Below the pieces are notes generated by a model, which worked only from the letters and a program-made list of their open reading frames with translations, was not told where the DNA came from and did not search any database. A DNA stretch of 24,204 nucleotides from a virus. Taxonomy: Duplodnaviria > Caudoviricetes. A program made the position numbers and the translations under genes. Shown here one piece after another: positions 7,779-16,700 of this stretch. Each line of letters begins with the position of its first letter. The stretch's first letter is position 1. Location: IMG/VR virus record IMGVR_UViG_3300008117_000285, positions 1-24,204 of that record; one strand, written 5' to 3'.

Positions 7779-8089
7779 TATACTTGTCCTATCTCTTTCA
7801 TAACCTCGGCTACTTTATGGTTTATTTTTTCTGCTTTAGGCATAGTTTCCGAGTTGTATGCTGTACCTAAAACTTCTGATGCTTCATGCGCTTGCTGTAT
7901 ATCTTTCATGGTAGTTCCTGCTGGACGCATACCTTGGTCTCTTGCATCTCTATAAGCCTGTAGTTCTGCATTCCATTTCTTATCTGGAATATCTCTTTTA
8001 GCATCTCCAGCATTTACCTGAAGACCCATTACCTTACATCCAAAACAATCATCCAATGGTTCTGGATGTTCTTGCCAGTGATACGCCAT
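7778..8089 (-). CDS. Hypothetical protein with an N-terminal HxxxH...CxxC putative zinc site
   Basis: HWQEHPEPLDDCFGCK. ATG at 8089 (alternative TTG at 8092), preceded by GGGGG. Confidence 0.75.
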   Translation of the reverse strand: MAYHWQEHPEPLDDCFGCKVMGLQVNAGDAKRDIPDKKWNAELQAYRDARDQGMRPAGTTMKDIQQAHEASEVLGTAYNSETMPKAEKINHKVAEVMKEIGQV

Positions 8090-8097
8090 CAATCCCC

Positions 8098-8367
8098 CTA
8101 GATTGCTGTGAAGTTTGCTTCTGTTACTCCAACTCCGCCTGCAATTAATGCAGCCTTAGTTGCCTCATTAACCGTGTGGTTATATCCGCCACGGTAAAAT
8201 TCGTCATAGTCATCAAGTGAACTATCAATTGGATAACGAACCTGTGAATATGTTGCACCGCTTTTAGCAATGGAGATACCTCTATTGTCTTTGTAAAAAT
8301 AGTGTAGGCGGTGTCTACCAATTGGTCCTTCTCGGACTATTGGTGTTGTGAATATGTAATCTGCCAT
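8098..8367 (-). CDS. Hypothetical protein downstream of the major capsid gene (possible head-associated protein)
   Basis: 89 aa. Good SD (AAGGGAG). Position immediately after the MCP. Confidence 0.75.
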   Translation of the reverse strand: MADYIFTTPIVREGPIGRHRLHYFYKDNRGISIAKSGATYSQVRYPIDSSLDDYDEFYRGGYNHTVNEATKAALIAGGVGVTEANFTAI

Positions 8368-8390
8368 TGTTCTCCCTTAATGAACTTACT

Positions 8391-8418
8391 GATGAGGCTA
8401 GGTTTCCCTAGCCCCACC
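8391..8418 (-). terminator. GNRA-capped 12-bp hairpin after the major capsid gene (terminator/attenuator or mRNA stabiliser)
   Basis: Minus strand GGUGGGGCUAGG-GAAA-CCUAGCCUCAUC. Two G-U pairs form only on the transcribed strand. No U-tract follows. Confidence 0.6.
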
Positions 8419-8428
8419 CGTCAATCAA

Positions 8429-9382
8429 CTAAGCAATTGATGAACCTGATTCGATTCGATATAGAGCCTCTTCACGGTAGCGTGCAAAGCCAAGAACGCC
8501 ATACCAACCCATTGGGCGATGACGCATCAACTTGTCAACTACTGGTCCGATTACTACATGTGGCTCTTCAGCAACTGCCTCAGCCAATGCTTGCTGTCCA
8601 GCAAGGATTGTGCGGTAGTTACGTGCTGAAGAAGCACCATCGGTTGCATTGTAAAGACGTGCAGATTCTACGAAGTATGCACCTTCGTATGTTCCGATTT
8701 CTCCTGCCCAGATGCGGTCTTGTGAAGAACCGTATTGGTTAGGAAGAAGCCATCCTGCTGAACCTGTCTCAGCACGAAGGTCGTGTGAAACTTCTGGGTG
8801 GATACCACACCAGTATAGGCTGCCCTTGCGAGCAATAGACTTGTTAGCACGTAACTTAGCAACAGCCTTACGGATGTTTGCTGAAGATAGTGTTGCTGCT
8901 GCAGTAATTGTTGCAGTAGATGTTGCTGTTGAACCTGAGTAGATTACGTTTGAACCACCACGAAGAGTAGTCATCGCAACTTGGTCAATAGAATCTGCAA
9001 GGTTGAATGCAATAATGTTTGCAATTGCAGGGTCTACATCGGCAAGTGAGAACAACTCAAGTGCACGAGTTACCAACACTGAGTTACCGTACTCGTTAAG
9101 AGTAATGGTTACTGAGGTTGGTGTAGACATTGCTACTGCATCTGGGTCAGCATCTTCTGTTAGTGCAGTTGTTGCTGCTGAAAGGTCAACATAGCGTTGT
9201 AGAACAACTGTTGAACCTGGGATTGATTGTTTTGCGGGACGCTTATCTGCGACAGAACGAATTAGGGGTTCTGAGCGGAGAGCGAACTCTAGAAGACGGT
9301 CATACGCCTTCTGGACTAGACCTGCTGCACCTGCGGTACCTCCGAGAGAGGAAGAACCTGTTGATACGTAGGAGTTAGCCAT
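8429..9382 (-). CDS. Major capsid protein (HK97 fold, N4-gp56-like family)
   Basis: 317 aa. Motifs VTITLNEYGN, YWCGIHPEVSHDLR, GEIGTYEGAYFVES, DKLMRHRPMGWYG. Strong SD GGAGGTG. Follows the scaffold gene. Confidence 0.92.
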   Translation of the reverse strand: MANSYVSTGSSSLGGTAGAAGLVQKAYDRLLEFALRSEPLIRSVADKRPAKQSIPGSTVVLQRYVDLSAATTALTEDADPDAVAMSTPTSVTITLNEYGNSVLVTRALELFSLADVDPAIANIIAFNLADSIDQVAMTTLRGGSNVIYSGSTATSTATITAAATLSSANIRKAVAKLRANKSIARKGSLYWCGIHPEVSHDLRAETGSAGWLLPNQYGSSQDRIWAGEIGTYEGAYFVESARLYNATDGASSARNYRTILAGQQALAEAVAEEPHVVIGPVVDKLMRHRPMGWYGVLGFARYREEALYRIESGSSIA

Positions 9383-9414
9383 TTTTCACCTCCAAGTGAA
9401 TTAGGAAACTATGA

Positions 9415-9903
9415 TTAGTTTTGTGAGTTCAGGAATGCAATCAACTCTTCCGCACTCTGTGCGTTATCAAGTTTTGAATTCAAATCCTGTGCTCGTTCAG
9501 GGGTCATAGCATTCTGAGTAATTACGTCTTGTTGACGTAGTGCCGCAAGGTTTACATCTGTTTGCTCTTTGGTCTGACCATTGTCAGATACCTGCAATCC
9601 AAATAGGTCTGCGTTATCATCGAGCCAATTATTAACTGACTCCTCGTTAACATCATCCAAATCCTTGAGGATTAGTCTTACTGCTTTTGCGTTGACGCCC
9701 TTCTTTTCTAGGACTTCTTTGACGGTTCTCTCACGTTGCACCTTGGATAAACCTTCAAGTTGTTCGGTAAGTTCTTTGATACGTTTCTCATCAGCACGCT
9801 TGGCTTTGCGTAACTTCTTTAACAAGTCACCGCCATCGTTTGAGTAAGTGTCTGTATCATCGATGTCGTCATCTTCATCGTCCCAGTTTATGTTGTTGCT
9901 CAT
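9415..9903 (-). CDS. Capsid scaffolding protein
   Basis: Acidic N-terminus (WDDEDDDIDD), then a coiled coil (LRKAKRADEKRIKELTEQLE). Directly upstream of the MCP. Start placed at ATG 9903 (SD GAAAGGGTGG) rather than TTG 9945. Confidence 0.8.
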   Translation of the reverse strand: MSNNINWDDEDDDIDDTDTYSNDGGDLLKKLRKAKRADEKRIKELTEQLEGLSKVQRERTVKEVLEKKGVNAKAVRLILKDLDDVNEESVNNWLDDNADLFGLQVSDNGQTKEQTDVNLAALRQQDVITQNAMTPERAQDLNSKLDNAQSAEELIAFLNSQN

Positions 9904-9934
9904 AGCAACCACCCTTTCTATTCGTTGATTAGTC

Positions 9935-10018
9935 GCAAGCCTCAAGTCAGTTCGGGGAAACTGGTTGGCTCTTGCTCCCAGACTTATACGCTGCGTGGGG
10001 CTGGTAGGTCCACGTCAG
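9935..10018 (-). ncRNA. Candidate structured cis-regulatory RNA (hairpin + pseudoknot + second stem) in the scaffold/capsid leader
   Basis: CUG(A)CGUGG pairs with CCACGCAG. Loop CUACCAG is complementary (6/7) to downstream CUGGGAG. A second stem GCAAG..CC/GGCUUGC encloses CAGUU-UCCCCG-AACUG. Folded by hand only. Confidence 0.5.
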
Positions 10019-10024
10019 GAATTT

Positions 10025-11554
10025 TTAGTATTGTCCTGCTGATGAGGTTCTGTTTAGATAGCCAGAAGCATAAGCACCCTTAGAGGCACCAGAGGCGCCA
10101 AGGAATCTATTCTGCTCACGGGCTGCTAGGTCTGCTAATTTACGCTGCTCAGAGGCTAAGCCCTTTAGATAGGCTCCTTCTGCTTCTGATTGTGTATAAG
10201 CATCACCCTCAAGTTCGCCAAGTTTCATAGCAGTTGGTAGTGCAGATGCAACCTTTGAGTATCCAGTATTTGCTGCTGCCTCAGTTACTCCAAGTGCTGC
10301 TAATTCTTCTGAACTAAGGACATTAGTAACAAGTCCTTGACGTGCTGCAGCAGAACCAATCTGTGCTGCTTGAACCTTAGTAGTCAATCTTGTTTCTGTT
10401 TCCTTAGGGTCTAAGAAGTATGAAACTAAATCTTTATCAGTAACTGATGGATAGTAGGTTTGGAAAGTCTTAAGAATTTCTGGACGGCTATTGACTTCCT
10501 CAACTGCCATCTGAATTCTTTTCTTAACCTCAGTAGGTGCAATATCTGCGCCAATGAATGTAGCAAGTTTTGCCTGTTGATTCTCTCTTGAAGAACCAAG
10601 AACGTTGCTAACACCGTAGGCAGCAAAGGCTTCTTGCATTTGATTCTCTAATTGTAGGTAAACATCTTCGCTATAAACATTCTTGCCAGCAGCACGGCGT
10701 GCTTCATTACCAGCAAAACGTGTTTGATATTGCTTTGTATTACGAAGTTTTAAAGTTGCTTCGGCAGACGGAGTTCCAGTAAGGATTAAATCCTTAACAG
10801 TTTTAGCCAAATCACCTAGTCCATACTTGGTAAATTCTGACTCAAGAATTGCATAAGCAGAACCACGTTCTAGTCTTAGACGCTCTGCTTCTTGGGCTGC
10901 CTGTAAATCTGCAGCATATCTAGTTGCTGCTGCTCCAGCATTGGCTGCTGCAAGGGCTGCTGCTGATGCATCTGCTGCTGCTTTGCTTGCAGCATTAGCA
11001 TCATTGGTTGATACCCATGTATTAACAAATGCCTGTAATTCTTCTGCACTATTAAACTTATATGTTTGACCAGTATTAGGGTCAGTCCAACTGTATGTTT
11101 TAAAACCTTCAATAGTAACTGTGCCGTCACTCCAAGTAACAGTTTCTGTTCCATCTGGATTCTTAACACGAGATTTTTCTGTTTTAGTTGTTACTGTTGA
11201 AGTAGTTGGATTAGTAGTTGTTTTTGTTGTAGTAGCAGTAGTTGTTGTTGGTGTGCTAGTAACAGTAGTTCCAGTAAATCCAGAGGCTGCATTAATGCCA
11301 GCAAGGGTTGTTGTATTTACACCTGAGCCAGCAGTAAAAGGATTACGACCACCTGTAACACCACCTGCATAGGTATTACCAGATGTTGGAGTTTTATTTA
11401 CTACAGGTACTGTAATCTTTTGACCAATAGAAATCTTATTAAGATTAGTAATCTGTGGGTTTGCAGCAGCAATGGCTGCAACGCTAGTATTATTAGCCTT
11501 TGCAATTGCAGATATTGTATCGCCCTTTTTTACGGGTACTTTTTTATCAGCCAT
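10025..11554 (-). CDS. LysM-domain virion protein (putative internal/ejection protein)
   Basis: N-terminal LysM (VKKGDTISAIAKANNTSVAAIAAANPQITNLNKISIGQKITVP), Thr-rich linker, Ala-rich helix and a helical C-terminal domain. Confidence 0.8.
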   Translation of the reverse strand: MADKKVPVKKGDTISAIAKANNTSVAAIAAANPQITNLNKISIGQKITVPVVNKTPTSGNTYAGGVTGGRNPFTAGSGVNTTTLAGINAASGFTGTTVTSTPTTTTATTTKTTTNPTTSTVTTKTEKSRVKNPDGTETVTWSDGTVTIEGFKTYSWTDPNTGQTYKFNSAEELQAFVNTWVSTNDANAASKAAADASAAALAAANAGAAATRYAADLQAAQEAERLRLERGSAYAILESEFTKYGLGDLAKTVKDLILTGTPSAEATLKLRNTKQYQTRFAGNEARRAAGKNVYSEDVYLQLENQMQEAFAAYGVSNVLGSSRENQQAKLATFIGADIAPTEVKKRIQMAVEEVNSRPEILKTFQTYYPSVTDKDLVSYFLDPKETETRLTTKVQAAQIGSAAARQGLVTNVLSSEELAALGVTEAAANTGYSKVASALPTAMKLGELEGDAYTQSEAEGAYLKGLASEQRKLADLAAREQNRFLGASGASKGAYASGYLNRTSSAGQY

Positions 11555-11556
11555 TA

Positions 11557-12504
11557 TTATCCCTGCAATCCAAAGTCACGTAAAATTGATAGCGCAAAAT
11601 TACCGACTTTCTCGTGGGCTTCATCTGTCATTTCCCAATCTGGGTGCTGCATAGCAGCCATATCCATTTCCCAGAGAGTCTTTAATTCCCCTTTATCATT
11701 AAACATATTCTTCTGGAACCAAGGGTCCTTCATGGTCATGTTAGCCTTTTGTAGTTTAGTTCCAATACGAGTCACATATGGTTGATAAACGTCAGATACT
11801 GTTAGTCCTTGACGCATCAAGTTTCTAACAGATTCAGGCTGACCAATCATTGCCTTTGTTTCAATCTCTTTCTTGATGGCAGCAAGACTGTCGCCCATAT
11901 CTAAACGCTTCATCCAGCCATTGATATCGCCTTGGGTAAAATCTTTTTCTAATTCAAACCCTTGTTTAACTGCGTAAGATTTAATGTCCTCAATGTTTTC
12001 AGCAATGTTACCTGTTGGCTTTAGAGGATTAAACTTAATCTTTGTATTTAAGAAACGAGCAATGTAGGCTGTATTCTTTTCATTGGCTGAGTCGTATAAC
12101 TCTTTAGCCCATGTATCTAGTTCGGCATCAGTAAAAGCAATACCCTTTTGTGTAAGTTGTATCTGAAGACTTGCTTTAGCCGTATCAAGTCCACGGGCAT
12201 AGTCAGTATTCTGAGTAGCCTCTTTAACCTTCTTTGCATAGTCTGGGTCAGTAGGACTAATCTCTTTAATTAATGCTTCATATTGGCGCTTGGAAAAACC
12301 ACGAGCCTGAATGGTTTGACCATTCTTGATATACCACTGTGTGCTAGTAAGTTCTTTAGCAAACTGGTCTGCTGTCTTTTTCTTATTTACCGCATCAGTT
12401 AAGAATTGTTTTAACTCTGGGTCACTAATAAAGATGGTGTCAATATAGCCATACAGTTCCTTGGCTTTGGCTAAGATTTCCTCAAAGGTTAATTTTGGAG
12501 CCAT
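11557..12504 (-). CDS. Hypothetical helical protein, putative internal virion protein
   Basis: 315 aa, coupled within the operon between portal and scaffold. No recognised catalytic motif. Confidence 0.7.
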   Translation of the reverse strand: MAPKLTFEEILAKAKELYGYIDTIFISDPELKQFLTDAVNKKKTADQFAKELTSTQWYIKNGQTIQARGFSKRQYEALIKEISPTDPDYAKKVKEATQNTDYARGLDTAKASLQIQLTQKGIAFTDAELDTWAKELYDSANEKNTAYIARFLNTKIKFNPLKPTGNIAENIEDIKSYAVKQGFELEKDFTQGDINGWMKRLDMGDSLAAIKKEIETKAMIGQPESVRNLMRQGLTVSDVYQPYVTRIGTKLQKANMTMKDPWFQKNMFNDKGELKTLWEMDMAAMQHPDWEMTDEAHEKVGNFALSILRDFGLQG

Positions 12505-13718
12505 TAACTAACACCTATCGTTCTCTTGAATATATCGTAGTAACCAAGGATTTGATTAGCCTTAGCCTCATCCTTTTCAGCAATCTGTTCAATTAAATAC
12601 TGTTCTGTATCAAGACCAGTTTTAGTTGTGCGTGACTTCATGTCACCTTCAATGTCTCTAGTTGTGCTAATGACATTTGGATTCTTGCCCTGTTCTTTTT
12701 GAAGCAATGGACGTAGTTCAGCCAATTCTTTTTCATCTGGCTCACGACCCATTAACTTTTTATAGATAGCAATAATGTTTTTATCTGCTTCAGTTCTACC
12801 CATAACAACAGCATCTGTGTATGTCTTGGTAGTACTTCCAGCACCACGGGTAGCAGTAAGGAACTCATCCATAGTCTCAAATTCTTTGACACCATAAAAC
12901 TGATAGTTCTTAAGTTGCTTGATTGTAAAGTCAGATGCTGCTCTATCAAGAGCGCCAGTAATTAACTTATCTGCTTGACTTGCTGGAATCTTATTACTTG
13001 TTAGATATCCAGATTGATACAGTTTATTAATTAAACCTTGCTTGCTTCCGTATTGCTTTACTAGTTGAGCCTCGTATTTATCACGGGCTACATCTGAAGT
13101 TTCAAGGGCTACGCCTTTATCCTCTGATGGTTTAGCAATTACAGAAGGAATTCTTTCATCTCTTTTTGTGGCAGGTTCTACATAGATATAACCTTGGTTA
13201 ACAACTGGGTCACCCTTTGGGTTAAGAGTATTAGGTGATGACCACTGCATAACTGGACCACCAGGGGCTTCACTGATTCTTGCAGTTGCTAGTAGATTTG
13301 CTACAGACTGCTCATCAGTAAGAACTGTCTTACCAGTATTAGGGTCAACACCAGGCTTAGGCTTTGGATTTCTAATCTCAGCAGCCTCAGAGCGAAGAGT
13401 AGCAGCAAGTGCTGCATTACCTGTATCTTCGGCTAAGTCAGCCTCTTTTTCTTTAGCCTTTGCTCTAGCCTCACGAGTGCTTAAATCTTTTTGTTCTTTT
13501 TCTGTAGCCTTCTTTGTTTCAACTGCACTCTTAGCAGCACTTAATTCTTTTTGAACAGTCTTATATTGAGCATCAAATTCATCATACTTCTTTTTGGCAG
13601 CGTCATAGTTAGCCATACCTCTTTTAGATGAACGCATAATCTGAAGTTGTTCATCACGTGCTCTAACAATATAACTTAACTGTGCTTGTATTTCGTAAAC
13701 TGGTCTTTGTCTTGCCAC
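12504..13718 (-). CDS. Hypothetical protein with N-terminal coiled coil, putative internal virion protein
   Basis: 404 aa. GTG start 2 nt after the upstream stop. Long K/E/A-rich coiled coil. Confidence 0.7.
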   Translation of the reverse strand: MARQRPVYEIQAQLSYIVRARDEQLQIMRSSKRGMANYDAAKKKYDEFDAQYKTVQKELSAAKSAVETKKATEKEQKDLSTREARAKAKEKEADLAEDTGNAALAATLRSEAAEIRNPKPKPGVDPNTGKTVLTDEQSVANLLATARISEAPGGPVMQWSSPNTLNPKGDPVVNQGYIYVEPATKRDERIPSVIAKPSEDKGVALETSDVARDKYEAQLVKQYGSKQGLINKLYQSGYLTSNKIPASQADKLITGALDRAASDFTIKQLKNYQFYGVKEFETMDEFLTATRGAGSTTKTYTDAVVMGRTEADKNIIAIYKKLMGREPDEKELAELRPLLQKEQGKNPNVISTTRDIEGDMKSRTTKTGLDTEQYLIEQIAEKDEAKANQILGYYDIFKRTIGVS

Positions 13719-13720
13719 GC

Positions 13721-16700
13721 TTATACCGCCGCTCTATAAGTATCTCGTGAGTAATACTTTAATATTGAATTAAAGATTGCTCTTGCTGCTTCTTTAACCG
13801 CTGGGTCTTCTGACGCCAACTGATTGATAATGCCCTCAACACGAGCACGATAATCTCTCTTAAGTGATGATGCGTTATAAAGACTACGGACTTGGTCGCT
13901 TTTAGCAAAACTCATAAAGTCTTCCATAGCCTGAACTGCTGTCTTCATCTTAAGTCTGACACCATCTTCGATGTTAGTTGTTGGGTCTGATACCAACTGC
14001 TTTAGACTACTAAGCATTGATTCTTCTGTAGCAATCTCATTACCGCCACCAGTAATAGCACCAAGTAGAAGTGGATTAGATGCTAACAAACCTTTACGAG
14101 CCGCTGTTGCGGTCTCAATAATCTTCTTGCGCTCTGAGATATAGGTCTGACTAGCAAGGGAATCCTTTTCCCATGATGCAATGTCGTAATAAGCCTGCTT
14201 ATCTTCAGCAACCTGAACATCTCTGAAGTATGTTTCTAAGTCTTTATCCTTTAGAAGGTCTGATGCTTGTAGCCAGTTATAGATACCAGCATTAAAGTCA
14301 CCAGTATGTGGACCAAAGATATATGCTGCCTCACCATAGGCACCAATTAACTTCTTGTTATCAATAGCCCAGTTACGCATCTGAGTAGTCTTTGAGATAA
14401 GAACCTTAGTCTGCTTCTCATCACGGGCTACTGTATAAACAATCTTTCCTGGATATTGACCAGTAAAGATACTTAAAGATAGTTCGTATGGGTCTTGAAC
14501 ATCGCTGCCATATTTCTTATTAACAGCCTCATAGATATCCCAGAACTCATTACGTAATCCAGTAATACCTACATCAAGTAGATAGTCTGGAACATCCTTG
14601 CTTTCTTGCATGGTTGCTGTTACTGGAGATATAAGACCTAGGATAGAACGTAATGCAACTACGTTGTGAGCAGATGTACGAATAGCATTTAGATATTCAT
14701 ACTTCTCTTGGTCACTAGCAGTAGGCTGAAGGCTTAATCCATGGGCTGCATTGTAGGCAATAGCCTGTTGTGCAGCAGTTACTTCTTGTCTAGTCTTCTC
14801 ATTAACAGGGAGAATATTCCACAGTTTTAACAATGAACCAGGAACTAAAGCACGAACAATATCTACGTTATCGCCTAGGTTTCCTAATGCATAATTATCA
14901 AAGTCTTGTGCTGCTTTCTCTGCGCCAGGAATAGGAACTTTACTTACTAAGTTCTTCATACCAATTACGCCAAGTGCTGCAATAGGACCGCTAAGTAAAG
15001 GCAAACCAGAATCAGGTGAAAATGATGGGTTTACGTTTGCTAACTTAAATGTAAAGTCATTAAACATTGGCTGCTTGTATTGGCTTTCACCAGTTAAAGC
15101 CTTAATGCTTGTATCAGTAGCCTTAAAGATAATATTGTCCATAGGCATCATGATGTATGGCTCACCATTCTGGTCTTCGTGGAACATACCACTTGAAGAT
15201 AATCCAAGGTGAGCAAGACGCATACGGTATAGAACTGTAGGAGATACATCCTTTAGGCGGTATACACGGCGCCAGAAGTCTTCAGTTGCACGGTAGAAAC
15301 GACCAACTGTTCTTACCTCTACTGCAAAGTTAGAGCGAATAGATGGGTTATCTGCAAACTTTAATACTGTATCTGCTGCATCATTAAGTGCAATCTCAGT
15401 AAAATGCTTTGCTGACTGCTCTTCAACTATGTTATTAAGACGAGCCTGTGCCTTATCACCCTTCCATTTGGTTGGGTTTTCAGCAATCATCTTGGCTCTT
15501 AACTCACGAGCATAGGCTGTCTGAATACCTGAATACTCTTTACGTAGTCTTAGATAGGTAGTCATAACTGCTGGTTGACGTAGTAAACCGTTGACTTGCT
15601 TATCCATTGATTCCATCATGGTATTACCAAGACGCTTAAATGCGCTATCAAATGTAGTTAAGTCAGGGAATTCAATACGAGTCTGAATTAAACCTGATGG
15701 TTGATACCCTCTAGTTAGTTCATCAAACTGCTTAAAGTCAACCATCTGTGCAGCCTTTTGCCACTTGCTGCCAATCTTCCACTTACGCATACCCTCTGCT
15801 TGCTGCGCTTTTTCTTTAGCAACTAGGGCATTGTAGTTAGATTTGATTGCATCATATAGACCTTCGTTGTAACTTTTAGGCCCACCATGGAAGTTATCTC
15901 GCATATCCATAAGCATGCGCTCTAAGTGGACACGAGCAATATCAAAGTCTGTCTTACCTTCTTGGCGCATAAATACTGAATCACCAAAGAAACTATTAAA
16001 CTTCTTAACAGCATCTATGTTCTGCTCAGTTACTTGCCAAACATCATCTACCTTCTTCATGCCAAGGTAGGTATACATATCGTCCATAGCCTTAGAGAAG
16101 TTCTCAGGTGTCTTTAGGGCACCATGATTAAAGAATGCAATAGCAGGGGCTACTCGGAAATCATCAGCAATCTTTAGTCCTCTACCATGCTGGCGAGGTG
16201 TAGCAAAACGTATATACCAGTTGTCATAGTGAGCAAGGGTTACATACTCTGGGTTAGCATCACGAAGTTTCTCTACTGCATACTCTTCGTATTTAGTGCC
16301 AGACTTTAATCCCTCATTCTTAACGAGTTCATCAATTTCTTTCTCAGAAAGATTCTTGCCTTCATGCTTTTTACGTGCCATCTTGCGACCAACAGCATTC
16401 AAAGCATTAGATAGTTCGCTAAGGTTAATCTGATTGTTTCTAATAACCTCATCAAATGATGAACCTAAAGAACTTCTAGCAGCAACTGAACTAGCCATTG
16501 TGTTCAAGATATCTGGATTGTAAATCATTGCTTCATTCCAGTGCTGCATAGCCTCATCGCCAAGTTTTTCTGGCAAGAAAATCTTTACACGGTCTGCAAT
16601 AGCCTGATTAATTACAAGATGTTGAACCTCAGCAGGTGAAACACCAGCCTGTTCTGCAATCTGTTCAATGATTCTGTTGCGGTCATCTACGCCAAGGTAT

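Noticed and set aside
8389-8418. CTGATGA followed by a stem on the plus strand, resembling a hammerhead ribozyme core
   Set aside because: The required GAAA after stem II is absent (CCAC instead). The hairpin pairs better on the minus strand.
9904-9945. TTG-initiated N-terminal extension of the scaffold, or readthrough/frameshift from the LysM gene stimulated by the pseudoknot
   Set aside because: A clear SD precedes ATG 9903. In-frame readthrough of the LysM gene stop reaches TGA within about 25 codons, and no canonical slippery heptamer precedes the stop.
9935-10018. Resemblance of the CGUGG/CCACG stem plus loop pseudoknot to a pistol ribozyme
   Set aside because: The conserved A-rich linker and the P2/P3 order of pistol are not evident. 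Kept only as an unclassified structured RNA.
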